64,000 nucleotides of DNA from Lama guanicoe (GCA_013239625.1 MU054220.1:5936626-6000625); one strand, 5' to 3'. Shown: positions 38,131 to 51,000, counted from the first letter of the stretch. Numbers and translations: made by a program. The notes: generated by a model from the sequence alone, not told the origin.

Positions 38131-39714
38131 TCCTCATCTGTCAAAGAGAGAAAAATTCCTGCCTCCCGGAAACGTGACATAGTGGAAACACTGATCTGAA
38201 TATCACAGAGTAAGGGCTTGATTCAAGAGATAGACTGTACTTACCGACAAATGGGTACCTTGTCCCTCTCCTAGTATGCATCATTCTACTGGCCCTGCTG
38301 TCAAAGTCAATACCCCGAGAAAGTATAACTCATTCTATGGCCAGTGGTATAGGTACTGCTTTTCTAGCTCTCTCTTCCCTTCCCAAAAGAGTTTTTGCAT
38401 ATAAGCTTTTCAGAAAAGTCAATTGAAACAGTGATTTAGAGTCACCTCAAAATGCCTAAAGCCCTAAGACTATGTATTATGATTTGTATGTCTACATTTT
38501 AAGTTGCGGTTGAGGAGAGAGAAGATTTGGACAAAGACTTCCAGTCCTCCTCCCAGGAGCTCTAACTCAAAGTCTACACCACAACTCCCATTCGCCCTTC
38601 AGAGTAGTCACTCAAGAACTGGAAAAGCAGACTGGAGAGCAGAGCTGGACAGAGGTGATCTATCCCTCTCTGTCTGCAATAGTCCAAAAAACACGATGAC
38701 TTCTCCAGTCCTCAGGACTGGTTCCAAAAGAGGCACCAAATAGCTGCAGAGATGCAGAACAGATTCCAACTAAGCTCAGCCTGGATGAATCAGAGAAGAC
38801 ACGATGTTTGATCTAGTCTTGACTACATTCAAGTTCAGAAACGAGGGAGGAAGTCAACATTGAGTATGAGAACAACCTATTCAAAGTGCAAAGAGTACAA
38901 TGATGCTTGTCTTTATTCTGCTTTGTTCTTGGAGAACGCACTGTCATTATATTTTTAAATGAAGTGGGAAGGAACGACACAGGCAGATGTTCCAGGAAGG
39001 AAGTCCTGCTAGATTGTACAGATGTCATTGAATTATATGGATGCCTTGGGAAATGATTTTACACAGCCCCACTCTCAAGGCACTTACCTTCTAACACTGA
39101 ATATAGACAAAGAAGTAACGACAATTATGAGTTCTGGGTGTTGAAAGAAAGAAAAAACACAGCATAACAAGAGAGCCAAACTGAGCCTATAAATCAGGCA
39201 AAGCTTTTCTGAAATAATCCATTTAAATGGAGCCTTGACTAGAGAGAAAAGTTAAAGAAAACCTTGGCTCCTATTGATCAGCGAGGATGACATTTCGATA
39301 AACTTAGTCACAACTTAGGCATTATGTATGTGCCATGAACGTCATGTAGGTGTACATACACCCACTTTTTTTAAATTTGAAAAGTAAATCCCACGTGATA
39401 AATCTAATTTTGGTGAGGAAAGCTCTAAAAATGAGGCATCCATGGAGAGCTAAAATTTTAAAGTGAACCTTACTGATGTGCTGATTATAAATTTCTGGAA
39501 TAAGTCTCTAAAATTTCTTCCAACACTAAAAATTTACTCCTTACTTAGTCCACAAAAAGCAATAACCATTTATGTGCATTTATATATCATTTTATAGTCG
39601 ATGCCTCTATTTCTTTTGCTCGATTACTTCTTAAAATGCTCTCACTGTTAGTACACATACAAATCCCTGTTCAGTTTTAAGAAATGGCCCACAATTGTAC
39701 ATTTCAACAAATGG

Positions 39715-40050
39715 AGACAATATAGCAGAATAATTCAGCTATAAATCACCCTAGAGTCAGACTGCGTGGGTTTGAATCCAGGCTCAGACACATTGTCACA
39801 AAGTCTTTTAAGCCTCAGTTTCCTCATCTATATAAGGGGTCAAACATATAGTGAACAGCGGAAGAATCCATGTAAGATCTTCATTTATTGCCTGGCAGAT
39901 AGTTAGCAGTTATTATTCAATCCCCATACCAACTCTGAGCTTCATATATCTCTTTCCTCTACAGAGGAGGAAATTGAAAGCCATAACTTGTTCAAGTTCA
40001 GAAAACTTTCCAAGGTCACAGAGTACAGGAAGAGAGATGCAAAATTAGAT
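39715..40050. mobile_element. MIR (+) followed by a MIR fragment (-)
   Basis: CTAGAGTCAGACTGCGTGGGTTTGAATCCAGGCTC..AGCCTCAGTTTCCTCATCTAT; then ACAGAGGAGGAAATTGA..CCAAGGTCACA. Confidence 0.8.
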
Positions 40051-41459
40051 CTTCTGAGTTCATGTATCAGTTCTTTCTTAGAAGAACGGCCCTGCCTCTC
40101 ATAGCATTCTGATGGTGTCTGATAAGACCAGGCAACAGGAATGTCTCTAGTGTGGTTCTAGCTGCACGTTCCTCATTCCGCAGCACTTTATCAAATGGGA
40201 TGGCAAGATGAAGAATCTGTTTTTGTATCCTGAAATATAAAAACCTCCATGTTTTTAGCCACAACATGATACAGTAGTATTCCTGGATCTACTATAAGGT
40301 GTGTCCAAATAATGTGTTACTGACCATAGGGTAGGAAAGCTTGTGAATATCACACAGTTTTTAAAGGAAGCAGATTCATGGTCATCCACATAACCTCTCT
40401 TTCCCTCATTTGCATTCAGATATACTTTCTTGAGTGGTTGCAAAAGGGGTGATGTTTGAGCTAACTTGGGAATTGCAAATGAGTGCCACAGGTACAGATG
40501 TCAGCTGTCAGGTGTGTCTGATAAAGAAAAAAAAAATTAAACACAGCTTCTTTCAAAGATGGTTAAGAGTGGCGCCAACCTCTTAGCAGCTCAGCCTACC
40601 ACCCAGGAAGTACTTTTCAGCACTTTTATTCGCTCTGTGGGATTAGTGCCCCCTTTTCAACTTGGCTGGGTTAATGGGAACCCTCAGAGAAGCCACAGCC
40701 CGGGGCTGCTTACTCTGATCAAGCTGCTACTTCAGTCTCCGAGAATGATGTCCTTGTCAAAGCTCGGCTAGCTGGGCCCTCCCGGAGGACTCGTAAGCCT
40801 GGCACCCCTCGGCTCCTTGCAAGCCTGACCCGCAATGGCAGAAGCCTCTGGAAAAACAGCAGGGTTGGAAGGGGAGGGAAACAGAGTGTCATACAATATG
40901 CATCAACTCAACTCCTTGAAATCCTGCTCACAGGTTTCTAGAACGAGATTGAAGTGACAACGAGGAGGCTGCGCTGACATGTATCCAGGAGGTGCCTTGA
41001 TGGTGACTGACAACTTGTTTTGCGGAGGCTTAATTGAACCCGATGGCCTCATAAAAGAAAGGCAAATGCTCCAAGCCAAAGCGAAAGGAAGTGGCTGTTG
41101 GGCTTACTGTCTTCATTTCTCCAACAGTGGCCGACAAATTGCCATTTTACAGGGGCACCTCCTGCCAACCAGTTTCCTAGGTTTTGCAGTTCCTATAATT
41201 AATCCCTGATCCTCGAACCTCTGGCATTTACTCTCCAAGGTTCTCTGCAAGAGGCAGATGATGTTAAATAAGGCAATAAGGCCAGGGGTGTGGACTGCAG
41301 CTGCTTAGAGAGCCTATGCACACAGAATGACCCAGATCCTTAAGGCATTCTACCTTCCTGAACTGGAGCCTTCCTGCAGGGGGAACTCTTGGAAATGAGA
41401 AGGCTGCAGGAAAATCTGGGAGTAATCCTTTTCTCTCCAAGAATAGCTACCCAATGTTT

Positions 41460-41660
41460 ATTAAATAAGTTCTGGAATTGTGTCATAAGTGCTTTAAATA
41501 AATGATCTTTACTCTCCATCACAAAACTGGAACATGATCATTCTTGTTCCCATTTTAGAGATGAGGATACTCAGACATAGTTTAGATACCCAAGGATATT
41601 TACCCAAGGAGAGTGAACAATGGAATGGGGACTTGAATCCATATCTGTTTGAGTTCTAAA
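41460..41660 (-). mobile_element. MIR SINE
   Basis: CCCATTTTAGAGATGAGGATACTCAG..GGGACTTGAATCCATATCTG. Confidence 0.7.
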
Positions 41661-43189
41661 ACTGTGAAATTTTTTCTATAGTAAACTGACAACATTAATG
41701 AAGTATTTGTTCTGGGCTGAGGATTCTGAGAACGAGTGTGAAGAGGGACTCAGAGATCCAGAGGTGATGTCAACATTATAATAGCTGTAAGGATGATGGT
41801 GAGGATGAGGATGAGGATAAGGACCATGACAGTAGCATGCTATTTTGAGACAGCAACTCACCTTTGTTTGTTTGATGCTTCCTGAGTTTCTCTTTCCTTT
41901 GCCCGTGCTACAGCAGAGAGTAACTCCTTGCTTTGTCCTCAGTCAAAGAAGGCTGCAGTGCTAAACCTAAAAGCAGGTTTGACTTTTAAAAACCAAGGAC
42001 CATAAAGGGGAAAGGATTTAGGATAAGAGATAAAATGTCTTTAGATAGAAATGGGGAAGGAGCAATGACACCCACTGATATAAGGAAGGGAGAGAAGAGA
42101 GAAAGCGGCCACTGCTTCAGGATGGCATGATAGTGAGGGTGGTGGGGTGGTGGAGGTGCGGCAGGGAGACCCCAGAAAGAAAATGACCACTTGGGAAACT
42201 TAGGTGGTTGGAAAATAGGCAGCCTTGAAAAGAGTTCCATATACTGGAGAGTGACATGAACATTGTAGAGAGTAAAGAGTCATACAAATGGAAGAGAGCA
42301 TGTCTCAGTGACAAACGAATCATCCATGACCTGGCACTGGATGAGAGACCTCCCTGACCTGCCCAACTCCTTGACAGCCATTGAGGTTTGAAGCCACAGC
42401 ACAACCCTGGAGGAAGGTCACGCACAGTCAGCCTCAGCTCTGCAGGTGAGGTCTAGAAAATAAAAGGCTATTGTATTATGCCTTTGGGTTAAAAAAGAAA
42501 AGAAAAGAAAAGAAAAATGGAATTTTGTGCATCTTGTACATCTGAGTGTGTAGACGAAGACTCATACTTGCTTAAAAAATAGTAATAATCATAAAATTAC
42601 ATTGTTGATCTCTTATAAATGCAGAACTGCCTCTGCACCCTGTATTAAGTACTCTAAGGGCATTCCTTCATTTAATTCCCACGAGTCTATAGAATAGATG
42701 CTTTTATTAACCCTGTCTTGTGAAGGAGGAATCTAAGCCTTAATAACTTGCGTGAGGTTATACTGATGCTGCAAGCTTTAACGGTGACATTTACCAATCG
42801 CCCTGGCCTAGTGATTTTCTTTCTTGGCTAAGACCTTAAATACAGGACAGTAGCATCTTAACTATATCAGGTTTGTCCTGATTGTACCCGCTAAATAAAT
42901 GAGAAGCAGTTTATCATGTGAACTGGAGGAATGTTCAGTAAGGTAGAGGTAAGTGTCCTAAACAAATTCAAAGTGGCGTGCTAGAGGGAGCAGAGGGATG
43001 ATTAAACTTCTAGAGAAGTCCAGCAATAGATTTAATGATGATAAAAAAAGATTCGAACTCATTTCTTACTTAATTTTCAGCCTAATCATTGAACGAAAGG
43101 AATAAAGATTCCATAAATATGATGACATGGCTAGGGTAAATCTAACGATCTTTAGTCAGTAAGCAATTTCTCTCTCTCTCATCCTCTCT

Positions 43190-43593
43190 CCCTGTTTCCC
43201 ATCTTTATGACAGGAGTACACTTCCCTGTCCCATTGATCCATTGACTGCGGCTTGCCCATGGAACTTGATTTGGCCAGTGGACTATAAGCAGGCATGCCA
43301 TGAGCTCATGACGTTATGTATATTATTTCAGGGCACCAGTGATCCTTTATGAGAAGAAATTCACCTCCTCTCCCCCATGGGGTAGCCACTACTCCTTTAG
43401 CCTGGGCTCAGAAGGAACAAAAGCAGGGCAAGCCAGTCTCTAGCCCTAATCCAAGCCTGGATTAAACCCTTGCCCTAAAAACAGTGCCACCCAACATGAC
43501 CCATAGACATATAAGCAAAAAATGAAGACTTATTCTTCTATATTATTGAAATTTTGTGCTTCTTTGTTACCAAAGAAAAGCTAGTTGATAACA
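43190..43593 (+). mobile_element. MaLR LTR (MLT1I/J-like)
   Basis: TACACTTCCCTGTCCCATTGA..GCTTGCCCATGGAACTTGATTTGGCCA..TTAGCCTGGGCTCAGAA..TTTGTTAC..GCTAGTTGATAACA. Confidence 0.7.
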
Positions 43594-43628
43594 ATCAAGA
43601 TAAATTTCTCAGTTTACCATCTCTTCAC

Positions 43629-44515
43629 TTTTTTTTAAATTGAAGTATAGCCAATTTACAATGTTGTGTTAGTTTCCGGCATACAGCATAGAGATTTAGT
43701 TATACATATATATATATTCTTTTTATTGTAAATTATTATAAGCTATTGGATATAGTTCCCTGTGCTATACAGTGGAACCTTGTTGATTATCTATTTTATA
43801 TATAGCAGTTTATATCTGCTAATTCCAAACTCCTAATTTATTCTTCCCCTATCCCCTACTTTTCCCTTTGGTAACCATAAATTTGTTTTCTACGTCAGTG
43901 AGCCTGTTTCTGTCTTGTAAATAAGTTCACTTATGTCACTTTTTTTTTAGATTCCACATGTTAAGTGATATCATATGATATTTGTCTTTCTGTGTCTGAC
44001 TTACTTTACTTAGTATGATAATCTCTAGATCCATCCATGTTGCTGCAAATAGCATTATTTCATTCTTTTTATGGCTGAGTAGTATTCCATTGTATATAAA
44101 TACCACATCTTTATCCAGTCATCTGTCGATGGACATTTAGGTTGCTTTTATGTCTTAGCTACTATAAATAGTGCTGCTGTGAACATTGAGGTGCATGTAT
44201 CTTTTCAAATGAAAATTTTTATCTTTCCCAGATATATGCCCAGGAGTGGGATTGCTGGATCATATGGTAACTCTATTTTTAGTTTTTTAAGAAACCTCCA
44301 TACTGTTTTCCATAGTGGCTGCACCAAATTTACATTCCCACCAACAGTGTAGGAGGGTTCCCTTTTTCCCACACCCTCTCTAGCATTTATTCTTTGTGGA
44401 CTTTTAATGTTGGCCATTTTGACCAGTATGAGGTGATACCTTATTGTAGTTTTGATTTGCATTTCTCTGATAATTAGTGATTCTGAGCATCTTTTTCATG
44501 TGCCCATTGACCATC
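43629..44515 (-). mobile_element. 5'-truncated lineage-specific LINE-1 (~890 bp) with TSD
   Basis: ORF2 C-terminal remnant [58 protein letters not shown](C/G)TTTT at 43616-43632 and 44517-44533, followed by AA. Confidence 0.95.
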
Positions 44516-45619
44516 GACCATCTCTTCAGTTTTAATTTATCCCTCAGGAGTCAAAGTTTGGTGAAATAATTCCTAAGTAAAGTCCCATAGAAAGAAAGCA
44601 AAGATACCTTCACTGTGCAATAATTGCAGGCATTAATTTTATTTAGTAGGTGGATATTCAGAGTAGAAAGAATTTGAAAAGAACTGTTAGTGCAAACATT
44701 TTGGGGGAAAAGTTTATGGCTTCAATTTCTTCATTTAAAAAATGTCAATAAGCATGTCTGCCTTATGGGAGGGTTCTTTATTCACTCACTTCACAAACAT
44801 TTGTCAGGCGTCAATATTTATTGATTCACTAGTCACTGGAAGATGTGTTGAAGGTACAATGGTGGAAATAAAAAAGGGAGAAAGAGAAATTGCTCAGCAT
44901 ATTGTCTGGTGAACTAGAGAGCATTCGTAAAGGTAAATATTCACAATAATTAAATAAATATATAATTAAAAGCTTCAAAATGGTATAAAATATTAAAAGA
45001 TTGTCCACATAAAGTGTTTATCCTAGTGCTAAATTATTAATTTTTTTAACATATTAATGCTTAACAAATGGTGATGGTCAGGACAGTGTGATCAACATGA
45101 TAAGAGTCTCGCACAGACCCAAGTTTTCCTGGGGCTTGAGATTTTTTTCACCTCTCTCTCTCTCAGTTTACTTCTGGTAAGCATAACAATACTGGTAAGA
45201 TTTTTTAAAGGGTGGAAAATTCATAATAAACTAAATAATAAATAAATGGTCTCAGATATCTGGGTTTGTCTTTCCTAATTGCTTCACCAAGAGCTCCTGT
45301 ACCAAACGAGGTGATGGTCTTCCTGGAAGACGGCATCTATGTAAAAACATCAACCCTCCTTTTCATTCTGAGCTTAGGAATCAGTAAGAGAGGGAATCAC
45401 TGTGCAAGCAGTGTGATGTCAACCATGTCTCAGAAATTTTCTCGCCATTTGTGTTTAATGAAACCTAGTGCGCTCACAGCAGGTGCTCCCAGCGGTCTCA
45501 TGGAATGTAGATTATGCTGCCATCTCTGGGATCTGATAAACCGATATAATAGGGGGGCACTGAAAACCAGTAGTGGGATGTCAAGATCTCAAAGCCCTGT
45601 TTCTGGTTCCACTTTTTAT

Positions 45620-45905
45620 ACACAGTCATTATCTTTGGTTAAGTCACTTCATATTCCTGGGTTTTAGTTTTCTCATCTATGAAATAATGAGGTTTAAGGC
45701 TAGAAGAACAGTTCGGTCCCCACCTACTTGCTTTGTGACCTCGGGCAGGTTATTACACGTTTATAAAGTCCCAGTTCCCTCATTTGGAAAATTAGGATAA
45801 TAATGCAACCTCCTACGTAGGGTTGCTCTTCATATGCAATATGATAAGGCATGTAAAATGCTCAGTACAATTCCTGACATATCGTAATTGCCCAACAAAA
45901 CATAG
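45620..45905 (+). mobile_element. Two MIR fragments
   Basis: AGTTTTCTCATCTATGAAAT and TTGTGACCTCGGGCAGGTTA..CAGTTCCCTCATTTGGAAAATTAGGATAATAAT..CCTGACATAT. Confidence 0.75.
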
Positions 45906-46980
45906 ATCTTATTTTTACTACTAGCCTCGTATTCATCACTATAAAATCGTATGTGTTTGAATACAATCAGTTTGCAAACTCTCTTAACTTTGGTTACAAA
46001 AATTGACTGTCTTTCACATAAACACACACTGCTCACTCCCTGGATTTTGAGCTGACACCGTTTTGAGACAGTGAGGATTCACCTGTAAAGAGACTTTATC
46101 CCTGGACGGAGACAGCAGAGCAACGAAAGTGTTTGTTGCAGCACTTTTCATGAGTAAAGGAGCACTATTAACATGAATGTCAACTTTTAAGTTTCTCAAC
46201 TCAGCATCTTTTACCAGCTTTAAGTTCTTTCTGACAAAACACATTTGCACCCACGTGCTCGCAAGTGCACCTGCACACACACACTCAGAACACTGAGGTC
46301 AGAAAGAAGATTCTGAATTCCTTAAGTCCACTCAGCTGCACAGAGGGCTGGCTCTGCCTTCGCTTTAAGCATCTGTAGAGCAGTTAATGGACACTGTCAA
46401 TTTTTGCAGCCACCAAGGAGACTAGATGAAGTTTCCATTCACTATGTCTTATTCTTGGCTTGCTGTGTGTATGTATATATATATAATATATATATATATA
46501 ATATATATAAATAAATGTTAGATGAAGACTCTTCCAGAAAGGAAATAAAGTGCTCCTGAATCTCACATAAAAAGTGATGGTCACATTTTTCTCTGCCTTA
46601 ATGATGGTTTAAACACTTCCCCATTGCAAATATAATTGGACACATAGAGCAAACTTTAAAAAGGTATCTTTACCAAATATCATTTGTGGGGACAAGGAGC
46701 CTGTCTGTTTTCCTTCCATCCTTTCTTCCTTTCTCCCTTCCATCCTTCTTTCCAGCTTCGTTTAGAAAGAACTTAGGTTGGCCCTCCTCATGGTTTCTAA
46801 GCCATCCATAATGTCTCTACTTGCTTTCTCAAATGATTGTCCATTTCTCCTCCTCATTAAGTCATCCTTCTTGCCACACTGACCTACTTCTTGTGCCTTC
46901 ACTTTGTTGCCAATGTCCCCTCTTCATGTATCACTCCTCTCTGAACCCCATCACCACCTGGATGGATCCTATGCATTTTT

Positions 46981-47097
46981 GGCGGGGGTGGTAATTAGGT
47001 TTATTTATTCATTTTTTAAAATGGAGATACTGGGGATTGGACCCGGGACCTCATGTATGCTGAGCACGTGCTCTGTCACTGAGCTATACCCTCCCCC
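46981..47097 (-). mobile_element. tRNA-Ala-derived SINE of the camelid vic-1 type
   Basis: Sense strand GGGGGAGGGTATAGCTCAGTGACAGAGCACGTGCTCAGCATACATGAGGTCCCGGGTCCAATCCCCAGTATCTCCA..AATAAATAAACCTAATTACC, with Pol III A and B boxes. Perfect 16-bp TSD GATCCTATGCATTTTT at 46965-46980 and 47099-47114. Confidence 0.92.
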
Positions 47098-47329
47098 AGA
47101 TCCTATGCATTTTTTAAGTGAGTTAGAACTGCACAGCTATCACTAAGCAATTACAAATCTGGATTTATAGGAATAGGATACATGAGATATTTTCTCTTTT
47201 CCAGAATATATACTTAAAGGACTGTGTCTTTTTCACTAAAAACTCCATACTTGTTAGCATAAAGTACTTAATAAGTGTTGGAAGATTTAAAATAACTGCC
47301 CAAAGAATTCAACAGTTATTTTCAGATGA

Positions 47330-47842
47330 CGGGGGCCTCTGATCTGTGCCTAAACTTTAGGGCTCCCCATCTGGGCACTTTCCTGAAGGGGTAAAGGAGC
47401 AGGCAATTGAGCCAAGGAGGAATATGCACCAAAGTCACACTGCAAACTGCCCTAAACCCACCACCTCAACAACCTCTTTCCTAATTCTGTCCCCCTCAGG
47501 GTGGACTTCACTGCCAATGTGCCTGAGCACAAGGGGTGGCCACACAGCCACTGTTTGCTGGAGGCAAGGATGGATCTTGGATGCACAGGCAGTGGCGTCA
47601 ACATCACATGATGCTCACTGTGCTACAAGTTGGAACCAGGAATAAGAACAGGAGGCACAGGAAGCTCTAGGAGTCAATTATCCTAAATTAAATTCTCACC
47701 TTCCTTCCACATTGTGACAAGTGAGATACAACCGTTTGTCAAAGTGGATACAACACAGGTTATTTAAATGTGTTGCTTTGATTTAGACACGTGTGCTCTC
47801 CTTTGTATTCTTGCCCCAGGTCTGCAAATGGTAGGTCTGGGC
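47330..47842. mobile_element. Possible hAT (Tip100-group) DNA transposon relic
   Basis: The right end TTGTATTCTTGCCCCAGGTCTGCAAATGGTAGG..GGGC resembles hAT-Tip100 MITE termini. Family not determined. Confidence 0.4.
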
Positions 47843-48769
47843 AGGGATCAAATGCCCTCTTCTCCCAGGGGCCCTTCTTGATCCTCTTAGCCACCCTGAA
47901 CTCCCATCTGACCAGCTCTTGGTGTTGGCTGCTCCGTGTGTCACTTTTATTTGTGAATTGGGGATATTTACAAACAGATATCTTCATGACCAGAAGATAA
48001 TGTTTTTGAAAGCAGGTTCCATATGCCAGATTCATCTTTGTGTCTTCACTGTGCCTCTTACAGTAAATCTGAAAACTTGTAAAGAATTCATAAACACTTA
48101 CTGAAGTAATAGAAAATTTCTCAAAGATGTGTAGATTTTACCCTCTTCTAGAATGTATCAGGCACATGATGATTGCTCTGTGTCAAGGACCTTTAGTTAC
48201 AACAAACACATTCAAATTAACACAATAACGAATTCAAGGAGACACCAAAGAACCCATGGGAATGAAACAGGACTGGGGCTTGGGCACTAAAACTGAGGGT
48301 CTAAGTGTTGCCCTTGGAAATGTCATGGCATCAGTGCATGATGGTTACTTCTGATCTGCAAGACTAGTTTTATTGTAATGAGGGCATAATGAGCAAAGGG
48401 TTATATTCCAATGCTGGAGATTCCTGTCTTCTTCACCTTTCTTTGCATACCTCCAGGACACTTGTCACGCCAAAATGTGTGGTTTCTTATCAGCCCAGAG
48501 GTGCTTGCTGTTTTTTTTTTTTTTTGTCTTCCCAAGGACTCCTATTGTTTACAAGATGTATGGTGTCCTGCCATTTGGCCCGTGCCCCTCTCTCTGCTAA
48601 TGTCTAGCTGTCTTGCCTGCTCTATCATAAAAATGTGACTGTCTTGTTTTTTCAAGGGTGACATGACTGCTCATTGCTGCATCTTTAAGGAGACTATTTT
48701 CTTCTGTTCACCATTTCTTCCACTGACTATAACTCAGTCCCTGGTTCTTTGGTTTACTAGGACACCACC

Positions 48770-49394
48770 TGTATAGGTCAGCATTCAACCAGAGGGATAG
48801 AACCAATGGGAGATACAAACCAAGAGAAATGTTGTGAGGAATTGACTTACATGTTCGTGGGAAAAGTCAGCAACCTGCAGAGCAGGCCATCAGAAAGGAC
48901 AGCCTGAAATCCTTGGGGCCAGGTTAAAGCTGCAATCCACTGGCAGAATTTCTTCTTCCTCAGGGATAGAATCAACTGATAGAATCGGGCTGCCTCCAAT
49001 TATGTGGGATGGTCTTCCCTATGTAAAGTCAACTGATTTTGCAAATCCTGAACTTTGGGACCTGCAGATACTAACTATTATATATAAGATAAACAACAAG
49101 GTCCTATTGTATAGCACAGGGAACTATATTCAATTCCTTGTAATAGCCTATAATGAAAAAGAAGATGACAAGGAATATGAATATATATGTATGTGTAACT
49201 GAATCACTATGGTGTACACTAGAAATTAACAGAACATTGTAAATTGACTATACATCATTTTAAGAAAAAAGTCAGCTGATTTGGGACTTTAATCACATGG
49301 GTTAAATATCTTTGAAGCAATAACTAGATTAGGGTTTGATTGAGTAAATGGGGTGGTAGCCCAGCCAAGGGTGGGACAGAAAGAAGGCCATCAC
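48770..49394 (-). mobile_element. MLT2-type (ERVL) solo LTR, interrupted by an L1 fragment at 49040-49267
   Basis: TCAACCAGAG..AGAACCAATGGGAGA..GAGGAATTGACTTAC..GCAGAATTTCTTCTTCCTCAGGG..AAAGTCAACTGAT..TAGCCCAGCCAAG..CCATCAC. Confidence 0.8.
49040..49267 (+). mobile_element. Short 5'-truncated young L1 (3' UTR only) with TSD
   Basis: GCAGATACTAACTA..AACAACAAGGTCCTATTGTATAGCACAGGGAACTATATTCAAT. TSD AAAGTCA(A/G)CTGATTT at 49025-49039 and 49268-49282. Confidence 0.92.
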
Positions 49395-50519
49395 CTTGCC
49401 TTATCCAGCTAGACCCTTTGCTTAGCTTCCTGCATTTAGAGAGCCCCTTTCTTTTAGTTAAAAGAATGAAAAGATTATATTCATTTCTGGCAAGCAATGG
49501 TGTCATCCCTAGTGAGATAAAATAGGACAAGGTAACAGAGCATGTAGATCTGTTCCTGCAAGGGGCTGTCAGGGAAAGATTCTCTAGAAGAAGCTATGGT
49601 ATGGCTGGCTAGCAAAGAAGCCCGTCTTGTAGAATGTCTGCCTTTCCTTGGCTCTCTTCCTTAATCCCATGCAAGTCAGGGGGCTGAGTCTGAGAGACAA
49701 AGCATACTCACGCTTCCTTACATTTTCAGCGAGAGTTCTTATCTGGAAGGAAGTTTTACAAAGATGAAATAAGTTTGACCCTTACACCAAGAAAACACTC
49801 AGCATTTTGCTCATTAACATATATAGAGGCAAACTAATACAATTTAGGGGGGTCATAAAACTTCCAATTTGTTTCAGTTATGGCAACAACGACAACATTA
49901 AAAATAGTAAAATAACCTGAGAGGATCTTTGACTATTTTTCCCCGTGTGTCACAAACATAGCTTGATTCTGTCAGTTTTTTTAAAATTCAGAATCATATT
50001 CATTTGTCAGGTAAATACCAACTTGGCCCCATAATTTTGCAAGTACAAAATTTTGATGGAGATTGTAAAAGTTTGCTCGCTTACCAGTGGCATTTCTTCC
50101 CTTCAGTATATCCAATTAAGTTTTTATCCTTAGAGCAAAGTCTTAGAGATCACAGTGGAAACAAACAGTTGTCATGGGTTGTGGCTGAAATGAATGCTAA
50201 TCATAGCTGGCTTCCTTCTGCCCCATGAAATGTGTGTTTTACAGTGACATTCAGAATAGTACAAATGAGCTATAAATTGCACTTTCATTCTCTAGGCTTT
50301 GTTTTACAAATTGTGCAAATGAGTCATGCATCTGTTTGGTTTGCTTTTGATGCCACAGATTTCTGTGCCCGGTGGTTTTATATATCCAAACTCTCTTGCT
50401 GATAAGCGTTTTTGTCCTAAATGAAAGAGAGAAAGGACAGAGGTGCAGAGGAATGCATTTCTAAAAGCATTCAAAGGGGATCCGTAAAAGAGAAAGTTAA
50501 TGGTGTGGGTTCAGTGTCA

Positions 50520-51000
50520 TTCATTTATGGGCTAATTTGTAAAGAAACTCTCTTTTATAAAAGACACTGTGATAAGCACTCTGTGGGATACAGCCCATAT
50601 ATAAGATACAGCTCAGGTTCCAGAAGTTCACTATCTACTCTTAGGGGAAGACAAGTACAGAGGGCATTACAACATTATTTAAAGCAAGACTAGTCAGAGA
50701 AAAGGCATGAAATGTTTTATGGATGTCCAATGGGGGACCAAATTGCATCCAGTGGAGGAGAAACATGACTTCATGGAGGAGTTTTGAAGGATGCTGAAGA
50801 CAGACTTACCTAAATACTACAGAACTAGGAACGAGCATAGACAAAGGCAAGACATGGAAAAGCAGAAGGTGTGTTTGGGCACAGGAAGTCATCCCATGTG
50901 GATGCAGAGGAGGGCGCTGTCAAAACAAGATGACTGGACCAGATCATGAAAGACCTTGGATGCTAGGATAATGTGCCTGCTTATATCCCAGGAAGGCAGC
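50520..51000 (-). mobile_element. L2 LINE fragments
   Basis: GACTTCATGGAGGAG..TTTGAAGGATG..AGCATAGACAAAGGCA..GGACCAGATCATGAAAGACCTTG. Confidence 0.6.

Noticed and set aside
41862..41966. Possible 105-nt minus-strand exon (TTTTAG acceptor, AAG|GTGAGT donor)
   Set aside because: Stops in all three frames, weak pyrimidine tract and no partner exons identified.
45266..45667. 133-aa ORF
   Set aside because: Non-ATG start, no recognisable homology, and it ends inside a MIR.
46981..47097. tRNA gene
   Set aside because: Has A and B boxes but imperfect stems, a SINE-specific 3' extension and a TSD, so it is a SINE.
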